DNA of 63,954 nt, filler included, from Octopus bimaculoides (lineage: Eukaryota): NCBI RefSeq assembly GCF_001194135.2. It is 7 parts of 7 records of this genome, joined end to end, with 100 filler letters (N's around TTAATTAATTAA, not from the genome) between each part and the next. Parts side by side here need not be neighbours in the genome. Positions count along the whole stretch, not along the records: positions 15,777 to 45,720 come from NC_068996.1; positions 45,821 to 53,952 come from NC_068983.1; positions 54,053 to 58,659 come from NC_068986.1; 4 more parts are not named here. One strand, given 5' to 3'. The notes below the pieces were generated by a model. It was not told the origin of the DNA. It saw nothing but the letters and a program-made list of their open reading frames with translations, and made no database searches. The translations under genes were made by a program, and so were the position numbers. This document shows, piece after piece, positions 40,239 to 54,098 of the stretch; the first letter of the stretch is position 1, and every line of letters begins with the position of its first letter.

Positions 40239-41027
40239 TATGCATGTCTTATTTCTTGAAGACAATTCGTGTATAGTTCTGCAAATTGTATTGATTCTAG
40301 AACGGTTGTGCTGACGAGAACACGGATGTTATTAAGTAAGTAAAACGTTAATGTTCGAAATTATAGTACACAACTAATTCTTTATTCTGTATATTTCTCA
40401 TTTTGTTCTTTTCTGGTGTTTTGCGAATTTTTTTCTGGAGAACATTATTTTTCTTTGTGGTTGGGTCGTTGATGACCTCTTTCTAGCATATTAGATGTCC
40501 ACCTAGTGGTCATCGTGTAATACAATTTTTTCTGAACTTTCAGATTTTTTTATATGCTAGGCCACTTGGTTTTAAATTGAATTAATATCCAATTTATCAC
40601 CCTATCTATATAAATAATAGTTTAAATAGTTATGTTCTCCAGCCGGCAACATATACTGCAGTGAATTATTCTCTGTAGAATTGTTTCCGGAATTTGGCGC
40701 GCCAGAGCTGAGACATTTTGAAAAATTACCCCAAGGTAATCGGTAGAACTGTATGCAAGTCTAATTTCATGAAGACAACTCGTGTATAGTTCTGCAAATT
40801 ATCTTGATTCTAGAACGGTTGTGCTGACGAGAACACGGATGTTATTACGTAAGTAAAACGTTAATGTTCGAAACTGCAATACGCAGCTAATTCTTTATTC
40901 TGTATATTTCTCATTTCGTCCTGTTCTGCTGTTTTGCGAAAATTTTTCTGGAGACCATTATTTTTCTTTGTGGTTAGGTCGTTGATGACCTCGTTCTAGC
41001 ATTTTGGATGTCTACCTAGTGGTCATC
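40239..41027. repeat. ~275-bp direct repeat (40239-40513 and 40751-41027), possibly a Penelope pseudo-LTR arrangement
   Basis: GTATGCA.GTC...TTCTAGAACGGTTGTGCTGACGAGAACACGGATGTTATT...CCTAGTGGTCATC occurs twice. Confidence 0.75.
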
Positions 41028-41037
41028 TCTTATACAC

Positions 41038-41071
<34 letters not shown>

Positions 41072-41508
41072 NNNNNNNNNNNNNNNNNNNNNNNNNNNNN
41101 NNNNNNNNNNNNNNNNNNNNNNNNNNNNNNNNNNNNNNNNNNNNNNNNNNNNNNNNNNNNNNNNNNNNNNNNNNNNNNNNNNNNNNNNNNNNNNNNNNNN
41201 NNNNNNNNNNNNNNNNNNNNNNNNNNNNNNNNNNNNNNNNNNNNNNNNNNNNNNNNNNNNNNNNNNNNNNNNNNNNNNNNNNNNNNNNNNNNNNNNNNNN
41301 NNNNNNNNNNNNNNNNNNNNNNNNNNNNNNNNNNNNNNNNNNNNNNNNNNNNNNNNNNNNNNNNNNNNNNNNNNNNNNNNNNNNNNNNNNNNNNNNNNNN
41401 NNNNNNNNNNNNNNNNNNNNNNNNNNNNNNNNNNNNNNNNNNNNNNNNNNNNNNNNNNNNNNNNNNNNNNNNNNNNNNNNNNNNNNNNNNNNNNNNNNNN
41501 NNNNNNTA

Positions 41509-41560
<52 letters not shown>

Positions 41561-42225
41561 CTTGCTTATCCACAGGTCAATCCTGCTCAAGAATATGGTC
41601 CTATAAGCAAACCTGCTCCAGACACCATCATGGCGCATTTATTTTTAAGTACAGTATATTTTAGACTAACTTTTCCACTGAAATATCCACCTGTTCACGA
41701 TTTTGCAGTGCGTAGAACAAAGGGATAAGGGAGATTTGTTTGCCATCGACATCCGAATAAACCCGTTTTTTTTTTAGAGTTATGTAGGAACACATACCAA
41801 ATGTGTTCTGGTTTATCGAAGAAAACTGTATGGATCGATTGGATCGGCTAATATTTCTTGACGGTAAGAGAGGAACTTCCTTGGTCCATATGTCTCAATA
41901 GATAAGCGAGAAATAACTAACTGCCATTGTCATGTCTGAAAGAAAATGAATGTATCCCACCACCCACGTACCGAATAATATACCGAGCTTACCTGGAGAC
42001 ATAAGAAGTAATCCAGACGAAATGACATTTTATTTATTGATTTCTTCACTTTCATCTTTTATGTCCTTTAATCGATTGACTAATGGATAGAACGTTATAG
42101 CTATGAGAGGGGGAGAAAAATTGCTGTGCATATAAACATATATGCAAACATATATACATACATACGTTCGTACATATGTACATACACACATACACGCATA
42201 CATATATATATATATATATATGCAT

Positions 42226-42263
<38 letters not shown>

Positions 42264-42474
42264 GCATACATAAAATATAATATATACATAGACACAGACA
42301 GACTTATATTTATCCATATATATATATAAACACACATACACTCACACACACACGCACATATATAGTATATTTGTACATATGATATAGATATAGGATAAAA
42401 TTATCGTTTACCGTCAGACACTCGCACACGCACACACATATATATATAGACATGTACATATACATAAACACACA

Positions 42475-42514
<40 letters not shown>

Positions 42515-42588
42515 CATTTATATATATACATAGGCACACACATATACATGTATATAAATGTATATATGTGTATCTATCTATCTATCTG

Positions 42589-42638
<50 letters not shown>

Positions 42639-42801
42639 AAACAGTCTATTTATGTATATATGTACACACACACACACACACACACACACNNNNNNNNNNN
42701 NNNNNNNNNNNNNNNNNNNNNNNNNNNNNNNNNNNNNNNNNNNNNNNNNNNNNNNNNNNNNNNNNNNNNNNNNNNNNNNNNNNNNNNNNNCAATCAACAT
42801 T

Positions 42802-42856
<55 letters not shown>

Positions 42857-43194
42857 CTAGCCGATAGGGCGGCTTTTAAGCTAGTATATAGCTTTTAAGC
42901 AACTGACCCTGAATGGGAAGATCTGGAAACAGATTTCTGACTTGTTTTGGAGAATTTGTTGCAAATGTTTCCTCCAGAGTCAAAACATAGGAATCTTAAA
43001 TTTCAGGATTGTGGGTCCGGATTTGGCCCGGAATGTTTTTAATTTACTCACGGAGTCAGCCTGATTCCAAAATAATAAGATATGATGGGCTACGGCATCT
43101 GGGAGTAAAGCTGAAAAAGTGTGACACACTGCCACACTGACATTCACATTTGTTGTATTATATTATATTATATTATTACGTTACATCAAGCTGG

Positions 43195-43385
43195 AAGAAT
43201 CGTTATCATGTCGGGCGAAATTCTTAGCGGTATTTCGTCTGCTGTTAGGTTTTGAGTTCGAATTCCGCCGAGGTCGACTTGTCTTTTCATCCTTTTGGGG
43301 TCGTTAAAATTAGTACCAGTTACGTACTGGGGTCGATGTAATTGACTTAATCCTTTCCCCCTAAAATTTGAGGCCTTGTGCTTCA
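43195..43385 (+). mobile_element. SINE with Meta-domain-like core
   Basis: B-box-like GAGTTCGAATTCC, then CATCCTTTTGGGGTCGTTAAAATTAGTACCAG. Confidence 0.8.
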
Positions 43386-44250
43386 AGGAGAAAGGATTTA
43401 TCAAAGTTGAAAAAGTGTGACGCACTGACATTCACATTTATTATATTAAATGTGTTTAATTTTGGGGAAACTTTATTTCAATTAAAGTGCATAATATATA
43501 TATATATATATATATATANNNNNNNNNNNNNNNNNNNNNNNNNNNNNNNNNNNNNNNNNNNNNNNNNNNNNNNNNNNNNNNNNNNNNNNNNNNNNNNNNN
43601 NNNNNNNNNNNNNNNNNNNNNNNNNNNNNNNNNNNNNNNNNNNNNNNNNNNNNNNNNNNNNNNNNNNNNNNNNNNNNNNNNNNNNNNNNNNNNNNNNNNN
43701 NNNNNNNNNNNNNNNNNNNNNNNNNNNNNNNNNNNNNNNNNNNNNNNNNNNNNNNNNNNNNNNNNNNNNNNNNNNNNNNNNNGTTGTGCGTGCAACATCG
43801 TTATTCCTCCCTGTGCCTGTGAAATCTTGTATCCCTGCCGTAAGGCTTTATTTCCACACACGTCAGCTTAATTTAATTCGTCCTTAGTCGAAAGACATCT
43901 GTTGTTATGTCCTGTTATTTTTATTGTAATTTTATTGTATTTGTGTAACATTGTTCGTTTTTTTCCGTCCTTGATTTTGTATACATTTGCTGCTTTCTTC
44001 TAAGAAATCTAATGCTCTTAGCTTAGTTTTTCCTTGGGGCTGGCCAGATTGGAGCAATATCGAGATAACCAGCCGAAATTGCAAGGATAATCTGGATCTC
44101 GACTGATGAAAGAAAACTGCGAATGACCTGTCCTTGTTTCCTTGTATCGTCTATCTGGATGTTTTGTCCCTTTCTTGTATCTCCTAACTGTCTGGACGTT
44201 TTGCGTTCTTGTCCCATTTTGTATTAAATGTATGTATGTATGTATGTATG

Positions 44251-44283
<33 letters not shown>

Positions 44284-44852
44284 GTGTGTGTGTGTATATG
44301 TATTAAAGAAAGCAAAAAATAAAACAAACATGATAGTGTTTCTTATGTTGGAGACAGGAATTTCTGTCAAAAAAGACATGGTTAAACAAAGTTGTACATT
44401 ATCTCCTTCTTTCTCTCACATACCCACTCTTTCTCCCTCCTTTGTTATTACTCCCACTGCCACCATCAACACTACTTCTTTTAATAAAGCATCATCAACT
44501 CTCCCTAAATTTCTTTTTCTCTCTTTCTCTCCCTCTCTTTTTCTTTCTCTCTCTCTCTGTCTGTCTTTGCCACCACTCTCACCGTCTCTATGCCTATTAT
44601 TACTCTCACCACATCATGACGGATAGTAGGAGTGTTATTGAATAGTGAGAGGATGAGGTCTAAATCTGACACACTGACACACAGAAATTAGTTTTCGCAT
44701 TTATTATATTAGATGTGGAAATATTTTATTTTTTACTGCTTTCAGTTACTTGACTGCGGCTATGATAGAGTACCGCTTTCAACACTTAGTCAAATAAATT
44801 GGTCTTCGGATTGGCTTTTTAAACAAACCAACACCGGTTGCCAAGCAGTTAG

Positions 44853-44890
<38 letters not shown>

Positions 44891-45084
44891 ACACGCAAGT
44901 TGAAATAGATAGATATATTGTATACGACTGGCTTCCATTCGCATTCAGTCTTACTACATTTACTCGCAAGGCATTGGTTGGCCCGGGGCTTCACTGCAAC
45001 GCACTCAATTACGTAAGGTACCGCGCAGCGGAAACATCATAGTGGCAAAGCGAGCTTCTTAATAACACAGTCATGTCAATATGT

Positions 45085-45107
45085 ATATATATATGTATGT
45101 ATATATG

Positions 45108-45141
<34 letters not shown>

Positions 45142-45520
45142 TGTATGTATGTATGTATGTATGTGTGTATGTATGTATGTGTGTATGTATGTATTATGTA
45201 TGTATGTATGTATATATGTATTATGTATGCATTATGTATGTATGTGTGTATGTATGTATATACGTATGTATTATGTATGTATGTATTATGTATATATGTG
45301 TGTGTATGTATGTGTATATATATGTATGCATGTATGTATTATGTAAGCATGTATTATGTTTGTGTGTGTGTGTATGTATGTATGTATGTATGTATGTATG
45401 TATGTATGCATTATGTATGTATGTATTATGTATGTATGTATGCATTTATGTATCTATATATGAACGTATTTATGTATGAATGTATATATGATTGTATTTA
45501 TGTATGAATGTATGTATGTA
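45085..45520. repeat. Degenerate (TATG)n tract, representative of many (TA)n/(CA)n/(TATG)n/(TATC)n arrays in the window
   Basis: Direct reading; most N gaps are bounded by such arrays. Confidence 0.95.
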
Positions 45521-45720
45521 TATTTATATATACGTACAGATACGTATATATGCATAAATATTTCCATATATATGTTGCTAAGTGGTTTGCTTCTCAACCA
45601 CTGGGCCCAGGATTCAATCTCACTGTGTAGCACCTTGCATAATTGCCTTGTACTAAAGCCGTGTGTGTGGGCGGAAATTGAAAAAAGCCTGTCGTAAATA
45701 CACACACACACACACACACA

Positions 45721-45820
45721 NNNNNNNNNNNNNNNNNNNNNNNNNNNNNNNNNNNNNNNNNNNNTTAATTAATTAANNNNNNNNNNNNNNNNNNNNNNNN
45801 NNNNNNNNNNNNNNNNNNNN
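45721..45820. other. Artificial scaffold join
   Basis: 44 N + TTAATTAATTAA (45765-45776) + 44 N. Confidence 0.95.
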
Positions 45821-47227
45821 ATTATTATTATTATATGTATTTATTTTCTCTAAGTTAATAATTAACTCGAACAAAATAAATTGAAAAATGGAGACCCGGG
45901 TACCAAAGATCACAAAATGACTGTGGTGTAACTCCTGTTTATGAGGTAGAAACTGCTTGTTATTTTGGGTACTTGAGTAAATATATAAATTTAGTAAATG
46001 GAGTAAAACGCCTATGATAAATGGATTCTTCTATTTCCAACAATAGTCTGCTCAATAATTGTTCTCATTCATGTATTTATGTATGTCTCTGTGTAGTTGT
46101 GTATTTGCTCTGAAGAGGAAAGGGTAACAGTAAATGAAGAATTTGTGAGATTGTGCGAGTGTGTGTGTATGTGTATATGTGTGTGTTTGAATATGTAGTA
46201 GTGTGCGTATGAATGTGCATGTCCGTGTAGCAAACAAAACTTCGCCATGAGAACTAACTTCAACATGGAGAACAAAAAATATGAATGTTTACGGCAGATC
46301 ATACAAATTAATAACTTGAATGAATGAAATTACTTCAGCATCGAGGATAATAAACAGACTATGAGTGCCGATTGCAACCCAGTAACTTAGATGTGGCGTA
46401 GGCATATGGGTTAGTAGATACAGTACTGCACTGAAGATCACAAGATTTTGATTTCGAGTCCTGGACGACGTGATGCTTTGTGTTCTTGAAGAAAACATTC
46501 ATGTTACTCCCGTACATTCAGATAGCAAAGATGTGTAATCCTCGGACGGACCGGCATTCCATCAGGGGTTGGAGGAATCCTGCCACAGAATCCACGACAG
46601 ACATTATGAGCCTATGCCCTGGGAAGAATATTTGTTGCTTCCTCTTTTGATTAAAATTGCGTGTATACCCACCTCATCAACAATTCTCCAGCATTGACAT
46701 GTCAGTAAGGACATAACATCTTACAAACTCTCTGGATACACGTCACTACACATAAGAAGTAATAACATAGCTTTGCCATCGTTGACTCCGCACAAATGCT
46801 ACACAGAAGAGCAGAAGAAAATAAATCAATAGTTTTTCAGGATGTGTATAATAATATTTTCTTATTGTTCTCGTTAAAATGTAAATCAAAAAGTATATAT
46901 TTTTTATTTCTGTTAGCCAGTTAGTTAAATATCTAACCAAGTAACTAATTGATCTTAACTTTGTGCACTTTTTCTGTTAATTATGCAAATTAAGCTAGTC
47001 AATGAGTGCTCTCTAATTCATTTGCCCGCGAAATATATACAAAAAGACAATCGAGAAAACAATTACTCCATAAGGAATTACAAGGCATGTGTACATTCAT
47101 GCACATATGTGTGTGCGCATTTGTGTGTACTGTCATATATCTGCGTATATATACGGAATATGCATAGACAGATGGAAGCATAATCACGCATGCACACACA
47201 CGAAAACACGGACGTATGGAGTGCACC

Positions 47228-47326
<99 letters not shown>

Positions 47327-48577
47327 TATATATATATATATATATTGAGAGAGAGAGAGAGAGAGAAAGAGAGATAGAGAAAGAGAAAGGGAGAGGAAGA
47401 GAGGGAAAGACGTACATATATGCATACATAGATAGATACATGTAGCTATATGCATGTATATGTGTTGCAGGTGAATCAATAAAATAAAATTGAGACATAT
47501 TGATAAAAACATTCTCGACAATCTACTCTGAGGTATATCCTACGCTTGTCAATAAATATTCAACAACTCATTATATTTGTGACAACAACCTAGACAATAA
47601 ACTTTGTAGAACGGGATTTTCTTGAGTGCTTCTTCGATATGATTCTACTGGTAAATTATTTTATCCTATAACATTTTTACCATGTAGACTAACGCACACA
47701 CGGCTGCACACATACACTCACACATTCATACACACACATACACGTACATGTACACAGATATCTATTTATCTGTATATCTACCTGCCTATCTATCTATCTA
47801 TTCATATGTCTGTATTTCTGTGGCCGTCTCTGTCTCTCTCTCCGCACACACACACCCATATACACACACAAACGCACACACGCACTCACAAACACACACA
47901 CACATATATGTGTATGTGTGTGTTTCACTGTTGAGGCTACAGTCAACTACCAAAACGACAAAGTTTACGGCACTACACCAGAATACATCCCAGAAGATGA
48001 CAGAGATTGACTATATTCATCGTTTAGACTGCTGTTGCTTCTGACGGTTCGAAATCGTCGTTGGTGTCCGTTGAAGGAGTAAATAGTATAGATGTGTTTA
48101 CCAGTAAATGTTGGAGGGAGATGTGTTGTTCTACTATCAGTCATATTTCGAAGTTTTTGTACCTTCTCTCAAGTCCGAGATCCATCACACAACCAATTTA
48201 ATGCGGAACTGTTCCGAGAGACGTTGCTTTTTGGCGAGTCCATTTTCTTGCTATATAGTCCATACTGGAGGGCAAAGTACCACCAATTTCATATTCATGA
48301 GTGTCAAAACCGAAGATTTCCTTTCGTACGTCGTTTGAAGGAAGTTGTACTGACAAGTCATGCACATTAATTGACGAAAGATTCAGGGCTATAGTGAGAG
48401 CAAATAGTTGGTTTTTTTTATTTGCAAATATAACGATTTGTCAATAGATATGACAGCCAATCTGTAAACATTTATCCAACAAAATATCTATTTTATGATA
48501 AAATGAATACATGGTAAATATATAGGCCTAATCCAGTATATTTCTGTCTGCCTGTCTGTCTGACACTCTCTCTCTAC

Positions 48578-48635
<58 letters not shown>

Positions 48636-50060
48636 GTCCGTCGGCCTAACTCTCTGTTTGTCTGTATCTCTCTGACTCTGTCTGGCTTTCTGTCAGTCTG
48701 ACTCCCACTCTGTCCGTCTATCTACATCTATACATACATGTTATTTTTACTAGTTTATTTTGTCTTCGTCTTCGCTCCTTGTGCTATATGAACATTTATT
48801 GTGGTTTAGAGTCAGGATTTGACTGCTATTTTTCAGCGTGGCGGTATCTCTTAGATACCCTGTATTATAATTTTAAATAATTGTTACCTTTGTTGGTTTA
48901 TATTCCCATGCTGGCCACTTGATAAAATCAATATTTTAAATATCGATCTTATCCTTATTTATATAAATTTATATANNNNNNNNNNNNNNNNNNNNNNNNN
49001 NNNNNNNNNNNNNNNNNNNNNNNNNNNNNNNNNNNNNNNNNNNNNNNNNNNNNNNNNNNNNNNNNNNNNNNNNNNNNNNNNNNNNNNNNNNNNNNNNNNN
49101 NNNNNNNNNNNNNNNNNNNNNNNNNNNNNNNNNNNNNNNNNNNNNNNNNNNNNNNNNNNNNNNNNNNNNNNNNNNNNNNNNNNNNNNNNNNNNNNNNNNN
49201 NNNNNNNNNNNNNNNNNNNNNNNNNNNNNNNNNNNNNNNNNNNNNNNNNNNNNNNNNNNNNNNNNNNNNNNNNNNNNNNNNNNNNNNNNNNNNNNNNNNN
49301 NNNNNNNNNNNNNNNNNNNNNNNNNNNNNNNNNNNNNNNNNNNNNNNNNNNNNNNNNNNNNNNNNNNNNNNNNNNNNNNNNNNNNNNNNNNNNNNNNNNN
49401 NNNNNNNNNNNNNNNNNNNNNNNNNNNNNNNNNNNNNNNNNNNNNNNNNNNNNNNNNNNNNNNNNNNNNNNNNNNNNNNNNNNNNNNNNNNNNNNNNNNN
49501 NNNNNNNNNNNNNNNNNNNNNNNNNNNNNNNNNNNNNNNNNNNNNNNNNNNNNNNNNNNNNNNNNNNNNNNNNNNNNNNNNNNNNNNNNNNNNNNNNNNN
49601 NNNNNNNNNNNNNNNNNNNNNNNNNNNNNNNNNNNNNNNNNNNNNNNNNNNNNNNNNNNNNNNNNNNNNNNNNNNNNNNNNNNNNNNNNNNNNNNNNNNN
49701 NNNNNNNNNNNNNNNNNNNNNNNNNNNNNNNNNNNNNNNNNNNNNNNNNNNNNNNNNNNNNNNNNNNNNNNNNNNNNNNNNNNNNNATATATATATATAT
49801 ATATATATATACATATTTTTAGGTATATGTGCGTCTCTGCATATATCCATATGTATATATATGCATATATATCATGTGTATGTGAGTGTGGCAGTATATA
49901 TGGCTTATTAAACATTTCATTGATTTTGTTTCTGTTGGCATGCGTCATACATTCATTCTAGTTTTCTGTTTATAATTTTTCAGACCTCTCTTTTCTTTGT
50001 GTTACTTTGCCTGCCCACCCATAAATATCTTTCCTATAAAGGTCATGTTTTGCTTTTCAG

Positions 50061-50212
50061 AAACCACTTACGTCAAAGAGATTTATCTCAGAAGTAAAAT
50101 CATTAATTAAGATATAATTCTGTATTTTATACGTTTACATCTGGTGCCTATACACAAAGCTTAATTACAGCAGCCGTACCTGGGGTGTATCTAATTTCTT
50201 TTGAAATCTGCC
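50061..50212 (+). pseudogene. Candidate C1q-domain-like exon with a 1-nt frameshift
   Basis: TTTTGCTTTTCAG acceptor and GCC|GTAAGT donor, 152 nt apart. TTYVKEIYLRSKIIN / LRYNSVFYTFTSGAYTQSLITAAVPGVYLISFEIC resembles the C1q 'F..V..N.G..Y....F.AP..GVY.FSF' pattern. Confidence 0.3.
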
Positions 50213-50602
50213 GTAAGTTCTCATTGTAAACACAAAAGCTGTTATACGTACGTACGTATATNNNNNNNNNNNNNNNNNNNNNNNNNNNNNNNNNNNNNNN
50301 NNNNNNNNNNNNNNNNNNNNNNNNNNNNNNNNNNNNNNNNNNNNNNNNNNNNNNNNNNNNNNNNNNNNNNNNNNNNNNNNNNNNNNNNNNNNNNNNNNNN
50401 NNNNNNNNNNNNNNNNNNNNNNNNNNNNNNNNNNNNNNNNNNNNNNNNNNNNNNNNNNNNNNNNNNNNNNNNNNNNNNNNNNNNNNNNNNNNNNNNNNNN
50501 NNNNNNNNNNNNNNNNNNNNNNNNNNNNNNNNNNNNNNNNNNNNNNNNNNNNNNNNNNNNNNNNNNNNNNNNNNNNNNNNNNNNNNNNNNNNNNNNNNNN
50601 NN

Positions 50603-50642
<40 letters not shown>

Positions 50643-50659
50643 TGTCTGTCTGTGTGTAT

Positions 50660-51370
50660 ATGAAAAAGGCCGCTCCATACTCTAAAGCTGCATTTAAAAG
50701 ATCCAACTTTAAGATTAACATATACTACATTGAACCAAATATAAGTAAACCAAGAAGACGCGGACAGAGTTATCATTTAACCCACCGTATGGCGTTATGT
50801 AGCTACTAACATAGCTAGGAAATTCTTAAAATTAATAGAAATCCTCTTTCCGCATCACCCACAAATATCACATGATCTTCAACAGAAATTGTGTTAACCG
50901 TAGCTGTAGGTACCTCCCCAATACAGGGTCATTAATTTTCAATCACAATAAATATAAACATACCAAAAACACCACCGAAAGTCAATGTAACTGTAGATCC
51001 CTAAACCACTGCTCTCTACACAACATCTGTCTCAAGAAAGAATATGTATATAAGGCCAAAATCACGGACATCAACGCAGTAGCAAATACGTATATCGGAA
51101 TCACGGGCAACTTGTTCAAGTAAAGATATACTCAACACCCGGCATCATTCAGAGACAAAAAAAGAGCACGCAACATTTCTGTCAAATATGACATTGAATG
51201 AAGGTGCATAAGCAACCCCAGATAGAATGGAAAATTATTGCAAAAGCCAAAAAATACCGGGGTCGGGGTACCAAATGTGAACTATGTATTACTAAATAAC
51301 TAAACATTACGCAGTCAACAGATAGGATCCTAAACTTTAGAGTGAAACCGTCTCTCCCTGCATATACAAG
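50660..51370 (+). mobile_element. Penelope-like retroelement C-terminal portion (GIY-YIG endonuclease), degenerate
   Basis: FNPPY....TNIARKFLKLI; IFNRN; CNCRSLNHC; VYKAKIT....YIGITGN.FK.RY.QH..SFR; IEWKIIAKAK...CELC. Confidence 0.85.
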
Positions 51371-51544
51371 CAATATTTTATATTCAAATACTTCAAAGAA
51401 GAGTCATCATCCTTGACCGTAATCCCACAAGGGTAGCACCTTTCCCGAACGTGAAATCTGAACACACATAGCACTGAAGTCTACACACACATGAAATATG
51501 CCCCAATGAAGAAAAAACTCAGGACAGAATTATAAGAACAATCA

Positions 51545-51720
51545 AAAAACTGTGAGCGAGACCTTCGGGAGTCTTCCATACATGTTTACGACTGCATATC
51601 TTTCCCGTCGTCTTTCTATTGCGTAGAGATTCGGGAATTTAGCCTTTGCTAGTAGCTCATCTGTTGCACTATGACTTGGTGCAACGGATGAGCTGTGTGG
51701 TGGCGAATGTTGACGACTGC
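51545..51720 (-). mobile_element. RTE-type LINE C-terminal fragment
   Basis: ATDELLAKAKFPNLYAIERRRERYA...GRLPKV resembles the RTE 'NEEVL..A.LPSI...RRLRW.GHV.RM..GRLPK' tract. Confidence 0.55.
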
Positions 51721-52462
51721 AAAGCACAGTGTCTTATGACGTATCATGTACCAAAAAAGGACATGGTTGTTTACCAATTAAAACGCCGTACTCTTTTAGC
51801 AAAATAATTGAAAAATATCCATTGAGTGTTAAAGATTAAATGAAGCATAAATTATCTCCCCAGAGAAAAATAAAATTTAGTACAAATCAATGCAGCTCGA
51901 ATTTGTTTTCGTTTGTTTAAAAAGTATAAATAGAAATATAATTCGATTTAATTTTTCTTTCAACATACTTCCACTATGTTACATCATGATTATCTTGACA
52001 GTCTTATGTGCATGTTCGCGAAAGTTATATATCTACATCGGATTCTTGGGAGAACTGTCACCAATGCATATTAATTCAAAAGATCGATACATGTCAAACT
52101 CGAAATGCAATGATACTGAACTACTAGTTTGAATTACTGCTGATTTAAAATTTATAAATATCAAAGAATTAAGTTGAAGCTATCCAAACTGTTCTAATAA
52201 ACGTACATAGATACATACATGAATATGTGTGTATAGGCACATATAAATACATACTCATATGATTAATATTTGGCAAGAAGCATGCATTGCACCTTGCGCT
52301 AGTGTCTCCTACTATAGCCTCGGACCGACCAGATCCTAGCTAGTGGAATTGTTAGACGGAAAGTAAAAGACAGAGGCTCATAGCATATATATGTATATGC
52401 AAATGTGTGCGTATGCTTCTGTCTGTGTTTGTAAACCCACCACCACTCAATGACCAGTTGCG

Positions 52463-52548
<86 letters not shown>

Positions 52549-52569
52549 CATCTATCTAACTAAATAACT

Positions 52570-53140
52570 ATCTATCTCACTGTATATATATACAGGTGGA
52601 TTACGGGAAAGGTAATGCTGAAACGGAAGAATGGCAAGACGTGATAGAACGAAAGCAGAGTGAGGGAGCGGGTGAGTGACCAGATCATTCAATGGAAGGA
52701 GAAATGTTGGATCGAAATAGAAAAGGCCGTGTAAGATTGTTCGTATTGAAAAAGGAGGTGCCGTTTGTGGGTATGTTGTTAAATAAATGTTTATTAAACA
52801 GAGATGACTGAGGTTATGTTCAAGTAGAAAAAGAGAAAGTGAATGAAGTAGGGAGTGGTGATGGAATGCCGATTGAGGAGGTCTATTGAGATAAGGAGGT
52901 AGATACAAGGTAAAAGAAAATTAGGGGTGGGTATTGAAATAACAGAGACGGTATCTGTTTAAATTGCAGCCAGGAAGTTGAGAGGAAAAACTGATAGAAA
53001 ATGGTGATGTCGAGACAGAGAAAGAATACTGGATCAACGTGAGAGTTATGAGAATAAATAGAGTGAGAGAAGGATAGACTGATAGCAATGACGATGTGTG
53101 ATTTTTGCTAAATATGTGCTCATTTATTTGCAAGAAAATT
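52570..53140 (-). mobile_element. Possible LINE apurinic-endonuclease remnant
   Basis: MYLPP, CLINIY, THP...SAFVLSRL-like motifs in two abutting frames. Weak. Confidence 0.3.
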
Positions 53141-53952
53141 CGTACTTATCGGCCGCTCTGGCATCGACATCATCCCAGCGGATAGGATGATGTTAGTATT
53201 ATCTCCATCAAAGGCGATATAACTCTAATTATCTTTCTTATTTTTTTGTTTTGTTCACCTTTCCACTTTTATGTATATATCTTCTCGCTTTTTTGTTCTT
53301 ATGATAAATTTTTGTACTAGTGTCCAGATTTGTAATTGAATTAGTACGTGCTCAAAGACTGAGATTGCTGGAGACCCAAAATATGTTATAAAAACATTTC
53401 TAGAATTGTAGAAACTCAGATAAGACTTCAGGAAAAATGGCTTGGAGTCCGAGGGTCACGCTTCCAATTCTATCCAAATGTGTGTGATAAACCAATATTT
53501 ACATGCAATTATCTATAACTTTATGTGAGTGCTTCCAGATTATCAAAAAGAAAATATTTAAAGTCTTCTCGATAGCTTATAAAATTCTTATAACGTCAAC
53601 AGCGAAATTCTCGTTGGTATGAATAAAGTCACTAAAATGAATAGAGAAATTCGAATCAGGGCTTCGCTACAATCGTAGAATTCCTGTCATGCCTTCAGAA
53701 GATGAGCATTAGAGTCTGATAGGGAACATTTGGTATCTGTTAGCAAAAAGGTTTTTCATTCGAATATTCACATCCCTTTCTCTTACGTATACAACTACTT
53801 TCATCTATACAAATACTTTCATTTATGTCTCCTTACAGTGAGAAGGGCAAATACGCTCATCCGCTAACGTTGATACTTGAAATTGTGTGTATGTTTTTGT
53901 GTGTATGTATAATGATGCATGTTGATATATATACATACACACATACGTATAT

Positions 53953-54052
53953 NNNNNNNNNNNNNNNNNNNNNNNNNNNNNNNNNNNNNNNNNNNNTTAA
54001 TTAATTAANNNNNNNNNNNNNNNNNNNNNNNNNNNNNNNNNNNNNNNNNNNN
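53953..54052. other. Artificial scaffold join
   Basis: 44 N + TTAATTAATTAA (53997-54008) + 44 N. Confidence 0.95.
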
Positions 54053-54095
<43 letters not shown>

Positions 54096-54098
<3 letters not shown>

